Part shown: in pieces, positions 40,316-47,689 of the stretch | How the letters are laid out: every line of letters begins with the position of its first letter | Numbering within the stretch: the stretch's first letter is position 1 | From: a virus | Taxonomy: Duplodnaviria > Caudoviricetes | Length of the DNA: 55,340 bases | Virus record (IMG/VR): IMGVR_UViG_3300036852_000116 | Location: 1 to 55,340 of that record | Direction: 5' to 3' (one strand) | Program-made: the position numbers and the translations under genes | The notes under the pieces: model-generated | What the model saw: only the letters and a program-made list of their open reading frames with translations | Told to the model about the DNA's origin: nothing | Databases searched by the model: none

Positions 40316-41248
40316 GTGTCCAAGAATCTGAGGCCACAGAGGCTCGATGATTTTATTGGGCAGGAGCATATCAAGGATGTTCTCCGAGTCTCCATCGAGG
40401 CGGCAAGGAAACAGAATCGGGTTCTGGATCATGTTCTGCTCAATGGCCCACCGGGATTGGGTAAGACAACTTTAGCGAGGATTATTGCTCGGGAGATGCA
40501 GTGGCGGATGCGGACCACAATCGGTTCGTCACTGAAGACGGCGAAAGATATAAAGTTCTTGGCATTGACTATATTGTCAGTGAAGAAGTCTATTATCTTC
40601 ATTGATGAAGTCCACAGGGTGGGCAAGCCAGCACAGGAGGTACTCTATCCGATACTGGAAGATGGAATCTGGTACTACAAGGTGGGCCAGTCAGTGACGG
40701 AAGCTGATCTAGGCCCATTAACTGTGGTTGGGGCTACTACTAACGCGGGTAGATTGGAACAGCCATTTGTGGATAGATTTGGTCTCCAGTTCCAGATGGA
40801 GTATTACACAGATGAGGAGATGTGCCGGGTAGTTCAGACTTCAGTGAGTAAGATAGGGATGGACATCGGGATGGAAGGTATGATGGAGGTGGTCAAGAGA
40901 TGCAGGGCTACTCCCAGAATAGCGAACCATCTGCTGATGAGGCTTAGAGATTACAATGTGGTCAGAGGTATGGAGCTCAACCGTGAGAATGTAGCAGGGA
41001 TACTGTGGAAGCGGTTCCATATTGACAGTATGGGATTGAATAGCCTCGATAGGCGGGTTCTTCGGGTATTGGACCAGGCTGTGGGTCCAGTCGGTGTCCA
41101 TACGATTGCCGACTTGGTGAATGAGGAAGCAGATTCTATCGAGTCTAGGGTTGAGCCATATCTCATGAGAATGGGAATGGTAGTAAGAGAGAGTAGAGGA
41201 AGGATGATTACTGATACCGGAAGGGCACACTTGGAGGCAGTAACTTGA
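40316..41248 (+). CDS. ruvB: RuvB-like Holliday junction branch-migration ATPase
   Basis: LRPQRLDDFIGQ, DHVLLNGPPGLGKTTLA, FIDEVHR, GATT, DRFG, TPRIANHLL, EPYL, RGR. Confidence 0.92.
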   Translation: MSKNLRPQRLDDFIGQEHIKDVLRVSIEAARKQNRVLDHVLLNGPPGLGKTTLARIIAREMQWRMRTTIGSSLKTAKDIKFLALTILSVKKSIIFIDEVHRVGKPAQEVLYPILEDGIWYYKVGQSVTEADLGPLTVVGATTNAGRLEQPFVDRFGLQFQMEYYTDEEMCRVVQTSVSKIGMDIGMEGMMEVVKRCRATPRIANHLLMRLRDYNVVRGMELNRENVAGILWKRFHIDSMGLNSLDRRVLRVLDQAVGPVGVHTIADLVNEEADSIESRVEPYLMRMGMVVRESRGRMITDTGRAHLEAVT

Positions 41249-41251
41249 GCC

Positions 41252-41280
41252 TTGACAAGGTTGGTGAGATGTAATATAAT
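41252..41280 (+). promoter_or_regulatory. Sigma70-type promoter
   Basis: TTGACA-17-TATAAT ending TGTAATATAAT. Confidence 0.85.
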
Positions 41281-41307
41281 GGGTATATCACATTCCTTGG
41301 AGGTACG

Positions 41308-41532
41308 ATGGCGGATGAACTCCCAAGGCGGTTACTCCGAACAGAGACCTGGATGGCTCCGAAGATTGCCAGTCTCTACGAGGTTCAACTCCCAGATGGT
41401 AGGATAAAGTACAACGTGCAAGTTCGGGATGCTGGAAGGATAAAACCGTTTATTGATCAGATCTTCGGTAAGTTGAGCCAGGCCGAGGATTTTCTGGATA
41501 ATAAACTATTGAAGAAGGAGGTACGAACTTAG
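41308..41532 (+). CDS. Hypothetical protein
   Basis: GGAGG RBS, own promoter. Confidence 0.65.
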   Translation: MADELPRRLLRTETWMAPKIASLYEVQLPDGRIKYNVQVRDAGRIKPFIDQIFGKLSQAEDFLDNKLLKKEVRT

Positions 41533-41556
41533 ATTACCGAGCCCGAAGGCAACTCC

Positions 41557-41585
41557 TTGACAATATCGTGTGGATGTAATATAAT
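41557..41585 (+). promoter_or_regulatory. Sigma70-type promoter
   Basis: TTGACA-17-TATAAT ending TGTAATATAAT. Confidence 0.85.
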
Positions 41586-41638
41586 GTCTGTAATGGTCAA
41601 GATGGACCACAATCATTCAGTAGGAGGCAATCTCTATC

Positions 41639-42121
41639 ATGGCTAAGAAGGCGGCTACCAAAACCAAGAAGACTCGGAAGGCAGCGGCAGCTCCGGCTCC
41701 AGCAGCTTCTACGAAGAAGGCAGCGAAGGCTGAACGACCGGCTCGCAAGTACCAGTCCACCGCGGAAGTAGCTGCCGAGCTGAACGTGACTCCGGTTAGA
41801 CTTCGCCGAATCCTGCGGACGGATGATTTTGTCAACGATGGTGGCTATACTCGGTATGACATTGATCCGGCTACCAAAGCTCGGCTAGCTCAGGCTGTGG
41901 CTGCAGGAGCTGACGGTCGAACCGCGAAGAAGGGTAAGAAGGCTAAGGCCAAGAAGGCCAAGGTCGAAGAGGCCGAGTCTGAAGAGGTCCAGGAGGAGCT
42001 CGAAGACCTAGAGTCTGACGAGGACGAAGAGGAGGAACTGGAATTGGACGACGAAGAGGACGAGGACGAGGAAGAGGAGGAAGAGGAGGAAGAGGACGAG
42101 GATGAGGACGAGGAGGAGTAA
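41639..42121 (+). CDS. Lys/Ala-rich HTH-like protein with poly-acidic tail
   Basis: K/A-rich N-terminus, STAEVAAELNVTPVRLRRILR core, ~45-residue D/E tail. Confidence 0.75.
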   Translation: MAKKAATKTKKTRKAAAAPAPAASTKKAAKAERPARKYQSTAEVAAELNVTPVRLRRILRTDDFVNDGGYTRYDIDPATKARLAQAVAAGADGRTAKKGKKAKAKKAKVEEAESEEVQEELEDLESDEDEEEELELDDEEDEDEEEEEEEEEDEDEDEEE

Positions 42122-42133
42122 CTCCTAGTTCTC

Positions 42134-42177
42134 TGCCCGGTAGGTAGTCGAAGTGATTGCCTGCCGGGCATCTTTGT
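42134..42177 (+). terminator. Intrinsic terminator
   Basis: TGCCCGGTAGGTAGTC/GATTGCCTGCCGGGCA stem followed by TCTTT. Confidence 0.65.
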
Positions 42178-42189
42178 ATGAGGTGCGAA

Positions 42190-43028
42190 GTGGATAGCCA
42201 GTGTTCGTACTGTGCTGAGAATGGGCTGACAGAAGATCAGTGTGTCAGAGGTGACTGCCACGATGGATGTGGTGATTGTCGGGAGACGGCTATCTCTGTG
42301 ACGGGCAGTATTCTTGCTGGGCATGTGAAGTGTAAGATCTGTAATAGGCAAATGAACATGGATGAGATCAGGCGCGGAGAGGGTGATTGTGATAGGTGTG
42401 CTGATGAGGGCGATATGATCGCATTGGGAAATGCCTAGAAGGCGTAGTGAGATCGGGCTTCCCCCAGATATGAGCAGAGATGATGCTTACGTGGCTGGAG
42501 TAGCCGATGGTGAGAAGTCTAAGCAGAATAGGATGAGCCTCTCTGATGATGAATTGGGGCAAATCTCGAGGCTGATCTCTCAAGAGGCGGATCGAGTTAC
42601 TAACCTTGCGTTCATGGAACCGGTTACTCCCGAGAGGATTGAGGCTGCTAGATGGTGGAGAACATTGGCGAATAGGTTTCGGGCTAGGTTAGATACCCGG
42701 TAGATGTTTTAGTTTGGGAGATTCAGAAATGGCGAATTTAGATCCGCACCTGCTCGATGCATTGGCCGAGATGATCACTCTAGCTCTTGATAGAGATGAT
42801 ATCATTGATACGATCGATAATGCATTTGGTGAGATGTATATGAATGCTGAGCAGGAAGCATTAGGTTCTGAGGGAATGATTCGTATCCAGCATCAGTGGT
42901 TGGGTAGGGCTTTACTTCGAGTAGCTGAGCAGCAGTTCATCCTGTCCTATGGTGGGGCAGATGATATACAGACCCCTAGTAGTGATCAGCCAGAAGGAGA
43001 GGTTCTAGCAAACGCTATGGGGGGCTAA
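42190..43028 (+). other. Three small hypothetical genes (Cys-rich 42190-42438; 42431-42703; 42714-43028)
   Basis: Tandem ORFs ending before a terminator. Confidence 0.55.
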
Positions 43029-43056
43029 TAGGTGGATCAGGCTTAGTTCCAGGCTT

Positions 43057-43098
43057 AGGCAGGTAGGCTTAGTACCAAGAGCTTGCCTGCCTTTTCTT
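43057..43098 (+). terminator. Intrinsic terminator
   Basis: AGGCAGGTAGGCT/AGCTTGCCTGCCT stem followed by a T-rich tract. Confidence 0.75.
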
Positions 43099-43358
43099 GT
43101 AACTTACTAAAACTTCTCATACCCGGAATCACATCCTACATCATCTCTAGAGCCACGTTCCAGCGGTACAGCGGGCGCCAAACTAAATCCGCCGAATACG
43201 AGCTTACCTAACCTACTGGCTTAATATACCAAAGCTTCCTTAAGGGAACCGGCGGATCAACCTGAACTATAGCCAAGTTGTTTGGGTTCTGATGGGCTAG
43301 ATTGGGATGTGATTGGTGAGGCTCCCACTGTGGTTCTGCTGGTTTCGTGTTCCTGTAG

Positions 43359-43450
43359 AACCACTGGAACCTTCAGGTTATAGGTCGGTGGGATAATGAT
43401 CCACTGGAACCACTGGAACCGGAGTACTATCATGTGGATCCAGTGGAACC
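43359..43450 (+). repeat. Cluster of CCACTGGAACC motif copies
   Basis: Copies at 43361, 43398-43420 (tandem) and a variant GATCCAGTGGAACC at 43437. Confidence 0.7.
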
Positions 43451-43750
43451 GTACATCATCATTACATCCGCGCAAACAGTTCATCATCTACTACATCATC
43501 AACATCTTAAAATCATCCTTAAGGGAACCTCCCAAACTTCTCAAAAATGTCGTCATGGTCGGTCAGGGTCGCCAAAGTCGCGGACGTAGGGTCGCCTGAC
43601 GTGCAATGTTGCGCCTGGTTGAACGGCGGACGTTAGGCGGACCATAGACATTGGCCCTTGACGGTCGGTCGCTGGCATGAGACAGTCCGCGTACGTCGAG
43701 TGTCCGGCACACGTCCGGATGGCGACGGTACGAACGGGAGGTCACGCGAA

Positions 43751-44149
43751 GTGACTGCACAGGACGCGACTCCGGTCGCGAGCGGCCCCACGGCCGCACA
43801 GGACGGCCCACAGGCGGCCCCGGCGCGCAAGCGCAAGGCATCGGCCCCCACGGTCAAGCGCATTGTGCTGGCGGCCGGAGAGACGGTCAACGCGGGCACG
43901 CTCGCTGCGCTGATCGGCGACAAGGCGGGAGCGCACCAGTGGGCGCTCGGGCGCAAGGTGAATGACAAGCGCGTCCGGAGCGTAGCGCGCGAGTCGATTG
44001 AGCGGCTCATGGCCGAAAACCGGACGGGTTACACCGCGCACGCTTACTCGGCCGCTGAGGCCGATGCCATCGTCGCGGTCATGCGGAGCGCCGGACGCGG
44101 AGCGCCGACCGTGAACGCGAACGCGCTGCGAGAGCGGGCGTCGAAGTGA
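43751..44149 (+). CDS. Hypothetical DNA-binding-like protein in the GC-rich island
   Basis: GGGAGG RBS and GTG start; basic; weak resemblance to the core of 41639-42121 (R-x-R motif and GYT). Confidence 0.55.
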   Translation: MTAQDATPVASGPTAAQDGPQAAPARKRKASAPTVKRIVLAAGETVNAGTLAALIGDKAGAHQWALGRKVNDKRVRSVARESIERLMAENRTGYTAHAYSAAEADAIVAVMRSAGRGAPTVNANALRERASK

Positions 44150-44322
44150 CCGCGGTCTGCATTGTGTGGGCATGCCCACGGTCCGCCGTTGATGGTCAGT
44201 GGTGCGAGCGCCACCAGCCACACGCGGACCCCATGAACGCGCCAGCGCTGGAGTTGGCGCAGGACACCGCGTACTTGCTCGCTGAGGGCATGACACTCGC
44301 GGAGATCGCGGCGCTCACGTGA
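44146..44322 (+). CDS. Small Cys/His protein in the island (not in ORF track)
   Basis: C-x4-C...WCERH; GTGA overlaps at both ends. Confidence 0.5.
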   Translation: MTAVCIVWACPRSAVDGQWCERHQPHADPMNAPALELAQDTAYLLAEGMTLAEIAALT

Positions 44323-44522
44323 GCACGCTCACGCTCGTTATGCGGTCATTCGTGCGGCACGGTGCGCGCGGCGGACTCGCCCGCGTGCTGTTCGCCTTGC
44401 GAGCGTGGGCCGAACACGAAGCGGCGCACGTGCCAACGGGCGAGCACGGAGACACCGCGTTCGCGTGCTGGCCGCCAGACTGCGCAGCGCTCGACCGGGC
44501 GTACGATTGGTTGGACGCCTGA
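44319..44522 (+). CDS. Hypothetical protein in the island
   Basis: GTGA coupling; followed by a hairpin. Confidence 0.5.
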   Translation: MSTLTLVMRSFVRHGARGGLARVLFALRAWAEHEAAHVPTGEHGDTAFACWPPDCAALDRAYDWLDA

Positions 44523-44541
44523 CGGCGGCCTAGCAGACTCG

Positions 44542-44573
44542 GGGCGGGACTTGGCCTAGCGCTAGTCCCGCCC
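44542..44573 (+). terminator. Hairpin closing the island operon
   Basis: GGGCGGGACT/AGTCCCGCCC; no U-tract. Confidence 0.5.
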
Positions 44574-44647
44574 ACACTTGCCAGACAAGGGGATGTTTCG
44601 AACTCGGCAGTAGTAAGAAGTTTCCCGGTTGATCTGATCATTTCGGG

Positions 44648-44699
44648 TTCCAGTGGATCACCTAGGTGCCGTCTGGCCTGTCTGGACAGGTACTAATGG
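44648..44699 (-). repeat. Right copy of the imperfect inverted repeat
   Basis: Reverse complement reads CCATTAGTACCTGTCCAGACAGGCCAGACGGCACCTAGGTGATCCACTGGAA. Confidence 0.65.
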
Positions 44700-44767
44700 C
44701 ATCACGAGGCTCTAGATCGGGCCTTAAAGGAGCCCAGTGGTGCCCGCCGGTGTCTGGACCCACTATG

Positions 44768-44953
44768 ACTAAGTTCTGATTATACAGGGCGTCCTGGAGC
44801 CTCGTAGATGTATATACGATGAAGTGTATCAGAAATAGTGAAGCTTACTGCCTAAACATCAGTCAAACAGCGCTGAGGGTAATTTCAGTTTTGTAAACTG
44901 AATCTTGATCGACCCACAAAGGGTTAGCGGTGATGAGTTTAGAGGCAGTAAGT
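44768..44953 (+). ncRNA. Candidate structured ncRNA
   Basis: Two long bulged stems (44768-44839 and 44843-44953) with nested hairpins; G-U pairs favour the + strand. Confidence 0.35.
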
Positions 44954-44962
44954 TCTGGAACC

Positions 44963-44991
44963 TTGACAGGGATTCTGAGATGTAATATAAT
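44963..44991 (+). promoter_or_regulatory. Sigma70-type promoter upstream of the packaging/virion genes
   Basis: TTGACA-17-TATAAT ending TGTAATATAAT. Confidence 0.85.
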
Positions 44992-45020
44992 GCAACCAGA
45001 TCAACTTCACAATTCCATAC

Positions 45021-45118
45021 CAAACTGGATCCACCCACGAGGGTGAGAATCGGCGAGTTTCTGGGTATAGCTTGCCTAACTTCTGGTTTCCAGGCCAGTA
45101 CAGGGTAATTCCAGTTTG
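45021..45118 (+). ncRNA. Cloverleaf-like 5' leader RNA
   Basis: Closing stem CAAACTGGA/TCCAGTTTG enclosing three hairpins. Confidence 0.4.
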
Positions 45119-45151
45119 CTGGGATAAGCTTAGGAAGAGTTTGGAGGCAAA

Positions 45152-45652
45152 ATGGACCCGAGCTTAAGACGTAAGCTTTATCTCGATCAACCGAGCTGCT
45201 TACACTTGGAAGGATACCGCATCCGCAACAAGTTCAGCTCGGTTGTCCTCTGTGGTCCATGCTACTTCCGCGATGGGTTTGAGGCCGAATATCCTACCCG
45301 TTTAAATACGCGTACGCGCGAGGGCATACTTGGTGGTCCATCACTGGATCCACAACTTTTAAACCATATCGGCGTTTCGGTGGGGCTGGTTCCACCTGAA
45401 CCTGGGCAATCGCTCAGAGAGTTCAGGACGCAGCGTTCCGTCCGCTCCCAGCCTTCACCGAAACGATTTCCATTCTCATCCGCACTCTGGCTTCTCATGG
45501 GAGTTCAACCTCCACTTGCTACGGTGTTAGTTCAGTTCTGTGAGGGTTACAACGAAGTGGAGATAGGGATGAAGATGGACCTCTCGCTCTACAACGTCAG
45601 TGATCGTCTGGGGAAAGCGGTTCGTACCGGGCAGAAGTTTCTGAAGGTGTAA
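45152..45652 (+). CDS. Protein with sigma region-4-like HTH (possible late regulator)
   Basis: C-terminal EGYNEVEIGMKMDLSLYNVSDRLGKA; N-terminal Cys/His residues. Confidence 0.6.
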   Translation: MDPSLRRKLYLDQPSCLHLEGYRIRNKFSSVVLCGPCYFRDGFEAEYPTRLNTRTREGILGGPSLDPQLLNHIGVSVGLVPPEPGQSLREFRTQRSVRSQPSPKRFPFSSALWLLMGVQPPLATVLVQFCEGYNEVEIGMKMDLSLYNVSDRLGKAVRTGQKFLKV

Positions 45653-45654
45653 GA

Positions 45655-46368
45655 ATGGTTCTATCAGCCGAACAGAGAAAGAAGAAGCAAGACAGGGCTT
45701 TTGCTCGTCGAGAGCGAGCGAAGCTGAACGGATCTGCAGTTGATGTAGACACTGGAGAACGATACGAGGTCGCAATTCTCGATAGCGATTCAAAGCGTAC
45801 GAAGCGCCTCGCTCCTGTGGTCAGTCAAAACCTGAAGACTCTTCGAGCACCCGTTCCTAGTAAGGTGCGTGAGAAGCTGGTTGTCAAGCGCGCTCGCTAT
45901 GCTGCGATGAAGACGCATATGGAGATAGCGGCTATTGCGATCGCTGCTGGAGCAACTCCTCGCATGGCCGCGCGGAAGGCTGGAGTCAACAAGCGACAGA
46001 TCAGCAAGTATATGCAGAACGCAGATTTTCGTGAGCGTGTGCATGAGTTTCAGGAACTACTGGGTAATCGCATCCTTGGGCGAGTGCTTAAGGAAGTTAA
46101 TCGACGGACGGAACCAGAAGTCATCAAGAAGATGGAGCTTCTCGACCTCCTACGCGTTGGAGATCGTGTGGGGCTAGGGAGAGGCAGTGGTAGTACAATC
46201 ATCAACAATGAGGGAACCATTAACAACTACGAGGCGAACTTCAACGCGCTCTTCCATGAGGGTGCCGAGGACTCGGAGCAGCTTTCTGACCCCTCGGAGG
46301 AAGGCGCTGATTTTCCGGAATTCAAACCTACGAGTCTTGCACTATCAGGCGGCGATTCACAAGAGTAG
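45655..46368 (+). CDS. Putative terminase small subunit
   Basis: HTH (GATPRMAARKAGVNKRQISKY); directly upstream of and overlapping TerL. Confidence 0.65.
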   Translation: MVLSAEQRKKKQDRAFARRERAKLNGSAVDVDTGERYEVAILDSDSKRTKRLAPVVSQNLKTLRAPVPSKVREKLVVKRARYAAMKTHMEIAAIAIAAGATPRMAARKAGVNKRQISKYMQNADFRERVHEFQELLGNRILGRVLKEVNRRTEPEVIKKMELLDLLRVGDRVGLGRGSGSTIINNEGTINNYEANFNALFHEGAEDSEQLSDPSEEGADFPEFKPTSLALSGGDSQE

Positions 46369-47689
46369 AGCTCGCTTTCGGATCGTAGATGGTGGACGGA
46401 GAATTGGTAAATCTGTCATAGGTGGACGAGAAGCCTATGCACAGATGGTTGTTCCTGGTTCATACGTATGGATCGTCGGACCAACGATGGACCTTGCCGA
46501 GAAGGAGTTTCGTGTTGCTTGGAAGCTTATCGTTGATAAGGGCCTCATCCCTGTTAGACGCAAGTCTGAACGAGAACTATTTATCCAGTGTGAAAATGGT
46601 TCATTCCTCGAGTGCCGTTCTGAGGAAAATCCAGATCAGCTCGTTGGGGAAGGTTTGGATCTGGTTGTTCTTGCGGAAGCGGCCCGCCTCAAGCTACGCA
46701 CATTTGATCAGTACATCCGCCCAGCCATAGCCGACCGCAAGGGGAAGATCCTAGCGACTAGCACTCCTCGTGGGTTCAACTGGTTCTACGACTTCTACGA
46801 GCGTGGTCAGTCGGAAGAGGGAACATATCACGACTGGGAATCGTGGATGATCCCAACGTCGGAGAATCCTATCATTGGAGCTGAAGAAATTGCTGCTGCG
46901 AAAGCTACTTCGTCTCCTGAGGCGTTTGCACAAGAATGGGAAGCGAAATTCATCGCTTATGGTGGTCTTGTATTCCCCGAATTCTCGTACGAAACCCACG
47001 TCCGTGCAATCTCTTACGTCGGTGGGCTCGATACGGAACTATGGATCGACCCCGGTCACACAGCGCCATACTGCGTCCTGCTTGTCCAGATTACACCTGA
47101 CGAACAGGTGCTCGTGCTAGATGAGATCTACAAGACTGGTTTGACCAGTGATCGTATCATCTCTATTGCTGAAAAGAAGTGGAAGTCATTCATCCTCGAC
47201 GACTATGATCATCCCAAGGTGAAGGTCACAATCGACAGAGCAGCAGCGGAAGCTGCCGCCACCTGGCGCCTGCGCGGGTATGATGCTGGCGGAGACAAGC
47301 CGAAGATTGAACAGGGCATCGAAGTCTACCATATGTTCCTGAGAGATCCGATGCAGAGTCAGGAAGCCATCATCCTTCCGAACGGTGAAGTTGTTAGAGA
47401 TGCTTTGATTGTACCGAGGGTCTTCTACGATCCTAAGTGCAAGAACGTCATTAAGGAACACGGACTCTATCATTATCCTGATGAGACTCGTAAGAGAATT
47501 GATACTAATCCTACCAATAAGCCTGTGGACGTAGATAACCACGGGATGGATGCTGTTAGGTACGGGTTGAGAAATAGGTTCCCGACTCTGTTTAATGAAA
47601 GCCCCGAGAGTGAGAACGTCGTTTACTTAACTCCAGATGAGATGGGCATGGATATGGATTCCATCATAATCGAATCGAGTGAATACTAA
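46187..47689 (+). CDS. terL: Terminase large subunit (start uncertain)
   Basis: GRRIGKS, VLAEAA, STPRGFNWFY, QEWEA, IDPG, DNHGMDAVRY. Confidence 0.93.
   Translation: MVVQSSTMREPLTTTRRTSTRSSMRVPRTRSSFLTPRRKALIFRNSNLRVLHYQAAIHKSRARFRIVDGGRRIGKSVIGGREAYAQMVVPGSYVWIVGPTMDLAEKEFRVAWKLIVDKGLIPVRRKSERELFIQCENGSFLECRSEENPDQLVGEGLDLVVLAEAARLKLRTFDQYIRPAIADRKGKILATSTPRGFNWFYDFYERGQSEEGTYHDWESWMIPTSENPIIGAEEIAAAKATSSPEAFAQEWEAKFIAYGGLVFPEFSYETHVRAISYVGGLDTELWIDPGHTAPYCVLLVQITPDEQVLVLDEIYKTGLTSDRIISIAEKKWKSFILDDYDHPKVKVTIDRAAAEAAATWRLRGYDAGGDKPKIEQGIEVYHMFLRDPMQSQEAIILPNGEVVRDALIVPRVFYDPKCKNVIKEHGLYHYPDETRKRIDTNPTNKPVDVDNHGMDAVRYGLRNRFPTLFNESPESENVVYLTPDEMGMDMDSIIIESSEY

Noticed and set aside
41890-42351. 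Poly-Ser minus-strand ORF
   Set aside because: Antisense shadow of the D/E tail of 41639-42121
43359-43450. Possible mini-CRISPR array
   Set aside because: Repeats are only 11-13 bp with irregular spacing; the Cas4-like gene sits in an ordinary recombination module
34271-44711. 12-bp direct repeat CATCACGAGGCT (34271 and 44700) as an att site
   Set aside because: A single 12-mer pair is expected by chance in 55 kb, and no integrase is present
45021-45118. tRNA gene
   Set aside because: No TTC T-loop consensus, no 7-nt anticodon loop, no CCA end
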